DNA of 64,000 nt from an uncultured Verrucomicrobiae bacterium. GTDB taxonomy: Bacteria; Verrucomicrobiota; Verrucomicrobiia; Chthoniobacterales; JAATET01. Location of the stretch: positions 135,821-199,820 of the forward strand of contig CAWHTR010000002.1 of the NCBI GenBank assembly GCA_963832325.1. The letters run 5' to 3'. The first letter of the stretch is position 1. Each line of letters begins with the position of its first letter. This document shows positions 23,861-33,933 of the stretch, piece after piece. The notes beneath the pieces were generated by a model. It was not told the DNA's origin and did not search any database. It saw only the letters and a program-made list of their open reading frames with translations. A program made the position numbers and the translations under genes.

Positions 23861-25105
23861 TTAAGAACAACCGGCTGATCGGATTAAATCTGCCGTTGCG
23901 ATCGCGTTGAGGACGGTTTTCGGGACGAAGGAGGCTGCATCGACCCATTCCTGCTCCTTGGTGCCGTCGGCGCTTTGTTCGGAGCAGTGGCTGTTCTCGC
24001 CACTGGGTCCCAATCCGTCGAGGGTCGGGAAGCTTTCCCAAAGAACGTTACCATCGCTGAGTCCGCCGCGTGGAACCGCGCGGACCGCGCGGCCGAGCTG
24101 CTTACCCGCTTCGGTCCAGATTGCGATCAGCGAATTGGTTCCAGGGTTGGTCGGCCAGGGTTGCGTCTCGTCTTCGATGGTCACCGTGACTTCGCACTTC
24201 CGGTGGGAGCCGTCCTGGGACTCGATTTTACCGGTGCCGCCGAGGGCGAGGAGCCTGGCTTTGGCATTTTCGTAGGTGGCGGGTTCGAACGCGCGCATTT
24301 CGAGGCGGGCATGGGCAGAGTGGGGAACGCGGTTGGTGACCGTGCCGCCTTCGATACGACCGACGTTGACCGTGAGGTTGGCGGAATAATCGGTGAGAGC
24401 GCTGGCCTCGGCGACGACGCGGGCGAGTTCGACGATGGCGTTCGCGCCGAAGGCGTGGCCGCCTCCGGCGTGGGCGGCGTGGCCGGAGACGTCGATGCGG
24501 ACGGCTGATCGGCCTTTGCGCGCGGCGACGAGATCGACGCTGTCCGGTGAACTACCGTCGGCTTCGAAGATGAGACACGCGAGCGTATGGGGAGGGAGGA
24601 CGCGATGGCAGACTTGTCCGAAGTCGTGGGAGTCAACCTCTTCGCACGCGTTGAAGAGCAGGATCCAATTGGTGTCGCTGAAAAGCGTTTCGTCGGTGTT
24701 CTGAAGAGCGTGAAGAAGGAGGAAAATCCCGGCGGTGCCGCCTTTGATGTCGTTGGTGCCAGGGCCATAGATGCGGTTTCCCTCGCGCCGCCAGGCAAAG
24801 TCATTGCTTCGCTCCTCTTCTTCAGGGAAGACCGTGTCGTGGTGTGAAATGAGGGCGACGGTGGGAGCCGAGGCGGGGGCGTGGGGGCGACGGAGCACGA
24901 GGTGGGGGCCGTGTGCGGGATTCGCTGGAGGGATGAATTCAGCTGCAAACCCGAGGGGCGCGAAAGCGGTGGCGGTGAGGTCGGCGGTCTTCTGAACGCC
25001 TTCGCGGTTGGTGGTGAAGCTGTTGACCGCGACGAGGCGCTCGAGGAGTTCCATGGTGGCTGGTAGGTGGCGCTCGCAGGCGGCGGTGAGGTCGGTGGGG
25101 TTCAT
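23861..25105 (-). CDS. M20/M25/M40-family metallopeptidase (carboxypeptidase G2 / deacylase-like)
   Basis: 414 aa. LISHHDTVFP, GPGTNDIKGG and EEVDSHDF resemble M20 metal-ligand motifs. The ATG overlaps the upstream stop (ATGA at 25102-25105). Confidence 0.75.
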   Translation of the reverse strand: MNPTDLTAACERHLPATMELLERLVAVNSFTTNREGVQKTADLTATAFAPLGFAAEFIPPANPAHGPHLVLRRPHAPASAPTVALISHHDTVFPEEEERSNDFAWRREGNRIYGPGTNDIKGGTAGIFLLLHALQNTDETLFSDTNWILLFNACEEVDSHDFGQVCHRVLPPHTLACLIFEADGSSPDSVDLVAARKGRSAVRIDVSGHAAHAGGGHAFGANAIVELARVVAEASALTDYSANLTVNVGRIEGGTVTNRVPHSAHARLEMRAFEPATYENAKARLLALGGTGKIESQDGSHRKCEVTVTIEDETQPWPTNPGTNSLIAIWTEAGKQLGRAVRAVPRGGLSDGNVLWESFPTLDGLGPSGENSHCSEQSADGTKEQEWVDAASFVPKTVLNAIATADLIRSAGCS

Positions 25106-25989
25106 TCGGTCGTGCCAACGAGGATCGGAGGTTCGGTGAGGCGCTCTGCTTGCACGGCGACGATCATTTCCAGAAATTGGTCGCGGTCGCCGAAATAGGA
25201 GCCGGTGATGGGCATGACGCCACGAGGATGGTTGCTGACGCCGAGGACGACGTGACGGTTCGAGGTGCGGTCGCCGATGGTCGGATCGAAGCCGATCCAG
25301 CCGGTCTCGGGGAGGTACGCTTCAGCCCAGGCGTGGGTCGAGGCGCGTCCGGCCTCGGACGCGCGGCAGTCAAGGTAGCCGCTCGCGAAGCGGGCGGGAA
25401 AGCCGAGGCTGCGCAGGGCTTCCATGAGGAGCACGGATAGGTCGCGGCAGGAACCCGTGCCGAGCGCGAGGGTCTCGCCGGGGGATTGGACGCCGCGGGC
25501 TTCGCGGCGGTTGTAGCGGATGCTGTCGTGGACGGCGCGGTTGAACGTGTCGACCACGGAGTCGGCATCCGGTCGCGGGGGGAGGTCGATGGTTTTAACC
25601 CAATCCTGGACGGCGCTCCCATCGTCAGGGAACGTGGTTTGGCGGTAGGCTCCGGCGACGATGGTTTCGCGGTCGTCGAAGAGGAGTGGGAAGGGTGCCT
25701 CGTGGGGCGGGGATCTATCGACGGCGGGAAAATCGGTGGTCTGGTGGACGACGCACTCGCTGCGGATGAGGAGTTCGTCGGACTCTTCGAGGAGGTGAAC
25801 GATGGCGATGGAGTTGCTGAAAACGTCGCGCCGCCATTCGATTTCGAATTCGGGTGAGACCGTGAGACGCATTTCTTCGACGTGGATGTCGTGGCCCTCG
25901 CGGGGACGGAGGACAAGGCGGTGCTCGGCGAAGCGGACGGGTTCGCGGTAGCGATAGATCGTCTCGTGATTAATCTGAAACCAACTCAT
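25102..25989 (-). CDS. transglutaminase-family protein
   Basis: Starts at the internal ATG 25989 (MSWFQINHETIYRYREPV...). Cys-His-Asp core: GTGSCRDLSVLL ... HAWAEAYLP ... GFDPT. Confidence 0.8.
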   Translation of the reverse strand: MSWFQINHETIYRYREPVRFAEHRLVLRPREGHDIHVEEMRLTVSPEFEIEWRRDVFSNSIAIVHLLEESDELLIRSECVVHQTTDFPAVDRSPPHEAPFPLLFDDRETIVAGAYRQTTFPDDGSAVQDWVKTIDLPPRPDADSVVDTFNRAVHDSIRYNRREARGVQSPGETLALGTGSCRDLSVLLMEALRSLGFPARFASGYLDCRASEAGRASTHAWAEAYLPETGWIGFDPTIGDRTSNRHVVLGVSNHPRGVMPITGSYFGDRDQFLEMIVAVQAERLTEPPILVGTTE

Positions 25990-26082
25990 GGTGGAAAAAA
26001 TATCGAGGGTGGGGGAGAGATTGCGCGGCACAACCGACTGACCCGGCTCGCGCGATGCTAGTTCACTCTAGACTATCTACGC

Positions 26083-27048
26083 ATGGAAATCACCGCCGAT
26101 CTGCCCGTTGTTGACCTCGATCTGACCGTCCGGGTCGGCTACGAGATCGTCTATGAGACGACGGCCGCGACGCCGGCGTTGGTGACGCTCAAGCCGCGTC
26201 AGGACCCGTTTCAATCGATCCGGCAGGAGAGCGCCACGTTCGATCCCGAGCCTCACGCGACGGAGTTCGAAGACGATCACGAGAACATTGTTTACCGATT
26301 GGTGCTGCAGCCCGGGCGGACGGTGATGCGCTACGACGCTCTGGTGCACGTGCCGGCCGAGCGGGAGGACTTCCTGTGGCTGGATGAACCGCACCCGCCC
26401 CACCTGTTGCCAGCGTCGATCTTGCGGTACACCGTGCCGACGCGATATTGCGACTCGGACAAACTCTTGGATTTTGCTTGGGAGAAATTCGGCCACCTTC
26501 CGCAAGGGTTGGGGCGCATCCGGGCAATCTGCTCGTGGTTGCACGAAAACATCGAGTATCGGACGGGGACCTACAGCGCAAATTCATCGGCGTGGGACAC
26601 GATTCAGCGGGGTTACGGAGTGTGTCGGGACCTGGCGCACGCCGGCGTGGCCCTGTGCCGGACGTTCAATCTGCCGACGCGATACGTGAGCGGATACGTG
26701 CCCGATATCGGCTGCGAGGATCCGGGGACGCCGATGGATTTCCACGCTTATTTCGAGGTGTTCATGGGGGGAAGGTGGCAGGTCTTCGACGCGCGGTTTG
26801 CCGGGCCGCGGACGGCTCGCATCCGGATTTGCGCGGGATACGACGCGGTGAATTGCGCGTTTGGAACATTTTTTGGGAGTGCGATTTTGACGAAGTTCAC
26901 CGTCTGGTCGTATCAGGTCGACCCGGCGGAGGTTCGGGTTGGTGATCCGGTTGATTTGTCGAAACGGTGGTGCGGAACGCCGGAAATCCGGCGTCCCAAG
27001 TCCGTTCGGAATGGAGTTTCGAAGGAAGCGCGAGCAAACTCGCTATGA
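26083..27048 (+). CDS. transglutaminase-family protein (second, divergent copy)
   Basis: 321 aa. Core GYGVCRDLAHAG ... HAYFEVFMGGRWQVFDAR. Confidence 0.75.
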   Translation: MEITADLPVVDLDLTVRVGYEIVYETTAATPALVTLKPRQDPFQSIRQESATFDPEPHATEFEDDHENIVYRLVLQPGRTVMRYDALVHVPAEREDFLWLDEPHPPHLLPASILRYTVPTRYCDSDKLLDFAWEKFGHLPQGLGRIRAICSWLHENIEYRTGTYSANSSAWDTIQRGYGVCRDLAHAGVALCRTFNLPTRYVSGYVPDIGCEDPGTPMDFHAYFEVFMGGRWQVFDARFAGPRTARIRICAGYDAVNCAFGTFFGSAILTKFTVWSYQVDPAEVRVGDPVDLSKRWCGTPEIRRPKSVRNGVSKEARANSL

Positions 27049-27067
27049 GCTTCGATCCGAATACCAA

Positions 27068-27748
27068 ATGAAATTGACTTACTACGGACACTCCTGTTTC
27101 TCCGTCTACGCGGGCGGCCGCACGCTGCTCTTCGACCCTTTCATCACGCCGAACGAACTGGCGAAGGGCATCGACGCCGGGGCGGTCGGCGCGGATTTTA
27201 TTTTCATCACGCACGGGCACGTCGACCACTTGGCAGACGCGGTGGACATCGCCAAAAGGACGGGCGCGCCGGTGATCACGAACTTCGAGATCGCGCAGTG
27301 GCTCGAGCGGCAGGGTGTCGATGAGGCGTGGGGTATGAATCACGGTGGGTCGGGGGATTTTGATTTTGGTCGGGTTAAATACACGACGGCGATTCATTCC
27401 AGTAGTTTCCCGGACGGGCAATACGCGGGAAATCCGGGGGGATTTGTGGTTTCGGCGGAGGACGGCACATTTTATTACGCCGGGGATACGGCGCTCACCT
27501 TGGACATGAAGCTGATCGGCGATGAGTTCCGACTGGACTTCGCGGTGCTGCCGATCGGTGATCATTTCACGATGGGGGCGGCCGACGCGGCACGAGCGGC
27601 GGAGTTCGTCGGGTGCGATCGGGTCGTGGGGGTGCATTACGACACCTTTCCGCCGATCAAGATTGATCGGAACCAAGCCATCGAAACGTTCGGTGAGGCG
27701 GGGCGGACGCTGTTGCTACCGGCGATCGGGGAGACGATCGATCTTTAG
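27068..27748 (+). CDS. metallo-beta-lactamase-fold hydrolase (UPF0173-like)
   Basis: ATG at 27068 (MKLTYYGHSCFSV...). Contains ITHGHVDH and AGDTA. Confidence 0.8.
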   Translation: MKLTYYGHSCFSVYAGGRTLLFDPFITPNELAKGIDAGAVGADFIFITHGHVDHLADAVDIAKRTGAPVITNFEIAQWLERQGVDEAWGMNHGGSGDFDFGRVKYTTAIHSSSFPDGQYAGNPGGFVVSAEDGTFYYAGDTALTLDMKLIGDEFRLDFAVLPIGDHFTMGAADAARAAEFVGCDRVVGVHYDTFPPIKIDRNQAIETFGEAGRTLLLPAIGETIDL

Positions 27749-27798
27749 GATTCTCGTGAGGTGCAGCGGAGTTTAACCTGCTGGAAACTGTTATCCCT

Positions 27799-28206
27799 AT
27801 GAAAATCGTCGAACAACTCGCGCTCTTCCTCGACAATGAACCCGGTACTGTCGCCGCCGTCTGTGACGCTTTGGCGGCGGAGCGGATCAGCATCTACGCG
27901 TTGAGCGTGGCCGACGCTTCGGATTACGCCGTGATCCGGTTGGTGCTGAGCGATCCGCGGCGGGCGCTGCATTTGTTTGAGGAGCGGGGGACGTTGGTCG
28001 TCGAGAGCGACGTTCTCATGCTGGAGGGGTCGAACAAGCCCGGCGGGCTGTCGGCGATTGCGAAGGTGCTGGCGAAGAAGAAAATCAACATCGAATACGC
28101 TTACCTCGCGACGCTGCCGACGGCGAAAAAAGGACTGCTCATTCTGAGCGTGAGCGACGTGAAGCGGGCGCAGAAGGCGCTGGGAGACGCCGGTTTGGAC
28201 GCTTGA
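27799..28206 (+). CDS. tandem ACT-domain protein
   Basis: 135 aa. Two ACT-like halves (LALFLDNEPGTVAAVCDALAAERISIY and MLEGSNKPGGLSAIAKVLAKKKINIEY). Confidence 0.65.
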   Translation: MKIVEQLALFLDNEPGTVAAVCDALAAERISIYALSVADASDYAVIRLVLSDPRRALHLFEERGTLVVESDVLMLEGSNKPGGLSAIAKVLAKKKINIEYAYLATLPTAKKGLLILSVSDVKRAQKALGDAGLDA

Positions 28207-30873
28207 TCACGAGCTCGCGCTGATCTTGCGAAGGGTCTCGTCCAGTGCGCCGCGGCGAATTGGTTTGGTGAGGTAAAAATCCATCCCGGCGGCGAAGCAG
28301 GCTTCGCGGTCGTCGGACATCGCGCCGGCGGTGAGAGCGACGATGGGAATCGTCGGGACTTCGCGCGAGCGTTCGCGTTCGCGGATCATCCGGGTCGCTT
28401 CGAGGCCGTCCAGACTTGGCATCTGAACGTCCATGAGGATGGCGTCGTAGCGCGTCTCCTCGATGGCGGCGAAGCATTCCTCCGCGGAGGAGACCGCGTC
28501 GCTTTCGTCCCCGAGGAGTTTGAGAAGTTGGGTCGTGAGGCGTCGGTTGATCGGGTTGTCGTCGACGACCAGGATCTTGAGGGGCGGACGGCGGGCTGAG
28601 TTCGTTTTTTGAGGGGGGCTGGTCGGGGGGGTGAGGGAAGCGATCTCGTCGGCGGTCGGAACCGCGAGGGGGATCTCCAGGAAGAATGTGCTGCCCGCAT
28701 CGGACGAGTCGGCGACACCGATGTCGCCATTGAGCAGGAGGGCGAGGCGCTTACTGATGGCCAGGCCGAGACCGGTGCCGCCGAAGCGCCGTGTCGTCGA
28801 CGTGTCCGCTTGGGAAAATGGCTGGAAGAGGTGGCGAATCTTTTCCTCGCTGATGCCGATCCCGGTATCGGTGACCTCGAAGCGCACCCGGGATTCTTCT
28901 GAGGACTCTGCGGTGGTGACCTGAATTGTGACGCGTCCGGCGGGCGTAAATTTGACCGCATTTCCGATGAGGTTGATGAGAATCTGGCGGAGTCGGGCGG
29001 GGTCGGTCCGAAGGTGCCGGGGGACGTCGGGTGCGACGTCGGTGGTCAGGGCGACATCCCGGGCGTGACTGATCGGGAGGTAGAGGTCGACGACGTCTTC
29101 GAGGCAACGGCGAATATCGGTGGCGGTCGCTTCGATGGCGAGGCGACCGGATTCGATCTTCGAAAAATCGAGAATGTCATTGAGCAGGATGAGGAGCGCG
29201 TCGCCGCTGCGCTGAATGGTATCGAGGTATTCGCGTTGGAGGTCGTCGAGGGGGGTCTGGAGGATCAGATCGGCGAAACCGAGGACGCTGTTGAGGGGAG
29301 TGCGGATCTCGTGACTCATCATCGCGAGGAAGGCGCTCTTCGTCTGCGCGGCGGCTTCGGCGGCATCTTTTTGAAGAAGAATCTCCTGCTCGTATTGGCG
29401 ACGCGAGGTGATGTCCAGGGACGCGCCTCGGTAGCCGATGAGAGAGCCGTCGCCATCGAAGCGGGGGACGCCGCTGGCGGAAACCCAAAGAATTTCGCCG
29501 TCGGATCGACGGATCCGGTGTTCGAAATTCCGGAAGGCCTTTGCCTGGGCGACGATTTCGTCGGAGTGTTGGGCTGTCCGGGCGGGTTCGTCGGGAGGTA
29601 GCCACTCGAAGGGGTGGTGGCCGAGGACGTCCTCGGGAGAGCGTCCGAGAACCTCCTGAACGCGGTGGGAAACGAAGGTGTAGCGACCGTCGAGACCGAC
29701 TTCCCAGATGAATTCCCCGACGGCGTCGCTCACGTCGCGAAAGCGTTGTTCGCTGACGACGAGTTGCGCCTGAGCCTCCCGGATACGGGAAAGATCGTAG
29801 CAGGCTAGGAGCAAGACTTCGCGCTGCTCGTAGGTCGCCCGGCTCAGGAAGACGTCCATCTCGAGCGCGGACCCGTCGGTGCGGCGGAAGGTCCATTCGA
29901 AATGGGCGAACGAATCGTTGATCGCCCGATGAACGTGTTCCGACCAAGCCTCGGCGGAGATGGATTGGTCGGGCTGGCGGAGGGGCCAGAATTGCCAGAG
30001 TGGAGTCGCGAGCACGGCCTGCGTCGAGTCGGCGCCAAACGCGCGAGCGGCGGCAAGGTTTGCCTGGATGAACTCGTCGCCGTCGAAGGCGAGATGGGGG
30101 GTTGGATTTTGGCGGATGAACTCCGCAATGCTGTCCGCTGTCTTCCGATCATCAGCTTGGAGTTGAGCCAGCTTGATGGCCTGTTCGCGCGCCGCGAAGC
30201 GAACGCGGTAGATGAGACGCGCCAACGCGGCGGTGGCCCCGCCGGCGGCGATCATCGCAACCAGGGCTCCCAGGAGCAGCCAGCCAACGTGCGAGCGGAT
30301 CGGGGCAAGGTCGACTTCAACCGCGACGATGCGATCGATGGATCCCCGCGCTCCGTGGACGGGGGCGTAGCCGACGAGAGAATTGGGCGTGCGAAAGAGA
30401 TCGGGAAGTTTGGCTTCGACCTCGTCCAGTCCGAGGCGGACACGGGCGAGAATCGGTTCTTCGAGCTTGTTGCCGCGACGTTGGGTGGTGCGGGTCTCCT
30501 CGCCTTCGAGAGAGTAGAGTCGCACGCTGGAGACGGACTGTTCCTGGGCAAGGATGGACGATAGTTCCCAGTCGGGATTGTCACTATCGGATGCCTGGGT
30601 GGTGAGCGCGGCAATGGACTTGGCAGCCCGGGCGGCGAGATCTTCCACGCGTTCGTGTTCGTCGGACAACGCGGAACCGCGCAGGATGAGCACGGCGAAG
30701 ACAATCGCGTGCGCGATCAGGAAAACGGCGATGGCCGCGAAGACCACCGCGTCCCGGAGGGGGCGAATGCGTTCGGCAGAATCGGCTGCTGGAATGGCGT
30801 GGTGATCGAATTTCAAAGCGCTTACTCGTCCACGAGGCGGGACAGGTTTGTCACGACGCTTTGAGGATTGCAA
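28207..30873 (-). CDS. hybrid sensor histidine kinase / response regulator with PAS domains
   Basis: 888 aa. TM segments and PAS-like regions. H-box MSHEIRTPLNSV. The ATPase domain carries GTGLGLAIS. C-terminal receiver: KILVVDDNPINRRL ... DVQMPSLDG. Confidence 0.9.
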   Translation of the reverse strand: MQSSKRRDKPVPPRGRVSALKFDHHAIPAADSAERIRPLRDAVVFAAIAVFLIAHAIVFAVLILRGSALSDEHERVEDLAARAAKSIAALTTQASDSDNPDWELSSILAQEQSVSSVRLYSLEGEETRTTQRRGNKLEEPILARVRLGLDEVEAKLPDLFRTPNSLVGYAPVHGARGSIDRIVAVEVDLAPIRSHVGWLLLGALVAMIAAGGATAALARLIYRVRFAAREQAIKLAQLQADDRKTADSIAEFIRQNPTPHLAFDGDEFIQANLAAARAFGADSTQAVLATPLWQFWPLRQPDQSISAEAWSEHVHRAINDSFAHFEWTFRRTDGSALEMDVFLSRATYEQREVLLLACYDLSRIREAQAQLVVSEQRFRDVSDAVGEFIWEVGLDGRYTFVSHRVQEVLGRSPEDVLGHHPFEWLPPDEPARTAQHSDEIVAQAKAFRNFEHRIRRSDGEILWVSASGVPRFDGDGSLIGYRGASLDITSRRQYEQEILLQKDAAEAAAQTKSAFLAMMSHEIRTPLNSVLGFADLILQTPLDDLQREYLDTIQRSGDALLILLNDILDFSKIESGRLAIEATATDIRRCLEDVVDLYLPISHARDVALTTDVAPDVPRHLRTDPARLRQILINLIGNAVKFTPAGRVTIQVTTAESSEESRVRFEVTDTGIGISEEKIRHLFQPFSQADTSTTRRFGGTGLGLAISKRLALLLNGDIGVADSSDAGSTFFLEIPLAVPTADEIASLTPPTSPPQKTNSARRPPLKILVVDDNPINRRLTTQLLKLLGDESDAVSSAEECFAAIEETRYDAILMDVQMPSLDGLEATRMIRERERSREVPTIPIVALTAGAMSDDREACFAAGMDFYLTKPIRRGALDETLRKISASS

Positions 30874-30929
30874 ACGCGGGAGGGATTTGCGACGACCGAC
30901 GCAGGGCTTGAATCCGCCCGTTCCAGCGA

Positions 30930-32091
30930 ATGAACATCTCCCGGCCTTTCTCTCTTTCGATTGCGTTTGCCCTTGGCTGCGCGGTTCTGCCCGCTCTCGT
31001 CGCCGAGGAAACTCCGACCATCACCGTCCGAAAAAGCGACGCGGTGAGCTTGGCCGTCGAGACAATCGGCGGGGGCGAGGGGTCTGCGGTCGAAACCGTA
31101 CTCAAGAATGATCTGTCGCTGTCGGGATGGTTTTCGATGTCGTCGCCGGGCGGTGCCTCCTACGTTGTCTCGGGATCGGCCTCGGACGGGTCGTTGAGCG
31201 GGACGGTGAAAGACCGAAGCGGCGCCAGCGTGTTGAGTGGGAAGTATTCCGGGACGCCGCGTGAGCGGGCGCACCAGTTTGCCGACGAGATCGTCGAAAC
31301 GATCACCGGGAACCCCGGGATCGCAACGTCGACCATTGCCTTCGTTGCAACGAAGACCGGGAAGAAGGAGATCTACACCGCAGATTACGACGGGGCGAAC
31401 GTGAAGCAACTCACGCGGGACGGCGTCATCAGCGTCGCGCCAGCCATCAGCCCGGATGCTCGGAAGCTCGCCTACACGGGCTACCAGAGCGGCTACGCGG
31501 ACATCTATCTCGTGGAACTTGGGAGTGGTTCGCGGAATCGGATCATCAAATTTCCCGGCACGAACAGCGGCGCGGCATTCTCGCCGGACGGCGGTCGGAT
31601 CGCGTGCTCGATCAGCAAGGACGGCAATCCGGAGCTTCTACGTCGTCGGGGCAAATGGTGGCGGCGCCAAACGGCTCACGCGCACGCGCGGCGTCGAGTC
31701 GTCGCCGTCGTGGTCGCCGAACGGGAGCGAGATCGTGTATTCCTCGGACGAGGGCGGGAGTCCGCAGCTGTATCGCATCGGTGCCGGAGGCGGTCAGGCG
31801 CGCAAAATCAACGCTGGTTACGGGTATTGCACCGAACCGAGCTGGTCGCCGGACGGGAAGAAGATCGCTTTCACGGCCCGGACGGGTGGATTTTCTGTCG
31901 CGATGGTCGACCTCGCGTCGGGTAGCTCGCGCGTTCTGGCTTCCGGGGAGAACCCGGAGTGGGGGGCAAATTCGCGCCACGTGATCTACAGCTCCGGATC
32001 GTCCATCATCCTGTTAGACACGCAGAGTGGTCGTCCGACCGAGATCGTGTCGGGACTTGGAAAAGTGTCGGAGCCGACGTGGTCGCGGTAG
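30930..32091 (+). pseudogene. tolB: Tol-Pal system beta-propeller protein TolB, frame disrupted
   Basis: The frame from 30930 gives a signal peptide and TolB sequence up to ...ACSISKDGNPEL, then Arg-rich nonsense. The +1 frame continues YVVGANGGGAKRLTRTRGVESSPSWSPNGSEIVYSSDEGGSPQLYRI... to the stop at 32091. The junction is GAGCTTCTAC at 31632-31641. Confidence 0.85.
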
Positions 32092-32194
32092 CGTCGGGGG
32101 CTGGGGTCGCTGACAGGCGAGGACCGGAAGGATTAGAGTGGTCCGGACGGATAAGCATTGAGTTTTCGGCCCAAACGGCGTTTTCAATAGCGGC

Positions 32195-32701
32195 ATGAAG
32201 CGATTTTTTTCACTGGTTCTCGCCACCGCGGTGGCGGTCGGTCTCACTTCCTGCGCGAACAAAGGCGGTGCCGACGGGGATTACGTTGGGGTGGACGGAG
32301 ATTACGTAACCGGGACACCGCTGCCGGATCGCGTGGAGGGATCGAATTTCTTTGGCTCGACCGTGAACCGAAGTCAATTCCCGCCGGTCTATTTCGGCTA
32401 TGACAGTGTCGAGGTGGCGGATTCGGAGTTCACGACTCTCGACGCGGTCGCGTCGGCGATGCAGGGCATGCAGAGCGACATCATCATCGCCGGCTTCACG
32501 GATGAGCGTGGCACTGAGGAATACAACCGCGGACTCGGCGAGCGGCGGGCGCAGGCTGTGCGCGAGGCATTGATCGGCATGGGCATCAGCGGGCAGCGGA
32601 TCCAGACGGTTAGTTTCGGCGAAGAGATGCCGGCCGATGCGGGCGGCGGTGACGCAGCTTGGGCCGCGAATCGTCGCGCGGAGTTTGGCGTCATCCGATA
32701 A
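32195..32701 (+). CDS. pal: peptidoglycan-associated lipoprotein Pal (OmpA-like)
   Basis: 168 aa. Lipobox LTSC. OmpA-like domain with TDERGTEEYNRGLGERRA and NRRAEF. Located directly after tolB. Confidence 0.85.
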   Translation: MKRFFSLVLATAVAVGLTSCANKGGADGDYVGVDGDYVTGTPLPDRVEGSNFFGSTVNRSQFPPVYFGYDSVEVADSEFTTLDAVASAMQGMQSDIIIAGFTDERGTEEYNRGLGERRAQAVREALIGMGISGQRIQTVSFGEEMPADAGGGDAAWAANRRAEFGVIR

Positions 32702-32708
32702 GGCGGGG

Positions 32709-33896
32709 GTGGCCGTTCCCCTGCTCGACCTTTCGCGGCAACACGCGCGGATCAAGGACGAAGTCTCGGCAGAGATCGAGTCCGTCGTCGCGTCGCAGTC
32801 ATTCATCCTCGGACCGAAGGTTGAGAAGCTCGAAGCGGAGTTCGTGGGGACGACCGGTTGCGGGCACGCGGTCGGAATGTCGTCGGGGACTGACGCTTGG
32901 CTGGCGATCCTGATGGCGGAGGGTTGGGGTTCCGGGGACGCGATTGTCACGACGCCTTACACCTTTTTTGCGACGGTCGGGTGCGTGCATCGGCTGGGGA
33001 TCGAGACCGTTTTTGTCGACATCGATCCGGTGACCTACAACCTTGATCCGGCTAAATTGGAGGAGGGGCTGGTCGGAATGCGGCGGGGTGAGGGCGGCGA
33101 ATTATTGACGCCGAGGGGGAATCGGATTCGCGCGATCGTGCCGGTGCATTTGTTTGGATTGGTCTGCGAGATGGATGCGATCCGGCGGATCGCGAACGAG
33201 AATGGACTGAAAATTGTCGAGGATGCGGCGCAGGCGATCGGGGCGGAGTATCCGGGTGAGTCGGGGACGGTGCAGGCGGGTGCGATCGGGGACAGTGGGT
33301 ATTTTAGTTTTTTCCCGGCGAAGAATCTGGGGGCATATGGTGACGCCGGGTTGTCGACTTGTGCGGCTGCGGGCGACGCGGAGAGGCTGCGGCTGATCCG
33401 GAACCACGGGATGGAAGAGCGGTATTTTCACCGCGAGGTCGGGGGAAATTTTCGCCTCGATTCGTTGCAGGCGGCGATTCTGTCGGTGAAGTTGCCGCAC
33501 GTGTCGACGTGGAACGCTGAGAGGCGGCGCAATGCCGATCTCTACGGCGAGGCGTTCGCGGCTGCGGGTCTGAGGGATCGGCTCGCGCTGCCGGAGCGGC
33601 CCTTCCGCGGGCGGGTCGAGAGCGATCACATTTTTCATCAATACGTGCTGCGGGCACCGCGCCGCGACGATTTGTCACGGCACCTCGCGGCGAGTGGGAT
33701 CGGTCACGGGATCTATTATCCAGTGCCGCTGCATCGCCAGGAGTGCTTTGCTTACCTCGGCTACGGCGAGGGGAGCCTGCCGGAGTCGGAGCGGGCGGCG
33801 CTGGAGACGATCGCTTTGCCGATTTTCCCGGAGTTGCGCGAGGAGGAAATTGGTGAGGTGGTTGGTGCGATTGCTGCGTTCTACGGCGGCGTTTGA
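32709..33896 (+). CDS. DegT/DnrJ/EryC1/StrS-family sugar aminotransferase
   Basis: The GTG at 32709 lies just after the pal stop (VAVPLLDLSRQHARIKDEV...). Contains SGTDAW and FFPAKNLGAYGDAG. Confidence 0.85.
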   Translation: MAVPLLDLSRQHARIKDEVSAEIESVVASQSFILGPKVEKLEAEFVGTTGCGHAVGMSSGTDAWLAILMAEGWGSGDAIVTTPYTFFATVGCVHRLGIETVFVDIDPVTYNLDPAKLEEGLVGMRRGEGGELLTPRGNRIRAIVPVHLFGLVCEMDAIRRIANENGLKIVEDAAQAIGAEYPGESGTVQAGAIGDSGYFSFFPAKNLGAYGDAGLSTCAAAGDAERLRLIRNHGMEERYFHREVGGNFRLDSLQAAILSVKLPHVSTWNAERRRNADLYGEAFAAAGLRDRLALPERPFRGRVESDHIFHQYVLRAPRRDDLSRHLAASGIGHGIYYPVPLHRQECFAYLGYGEGSLPESERAALETIALPIFPELREEEIGEVVGAIAAFYGGV

Positions 33897-33933
33897 ACGC
33901 TGAGGGGAGGGCGAACCCGGTGCCGGGGCTTCC

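Noticed and set aside
28204-28209. Convergent ACT-domain gene and sensor kinase stops abut with zero spacer (TGATCA)
   Set aside because: This is a curiosity of tight packing only. No structure or function can be inferred.
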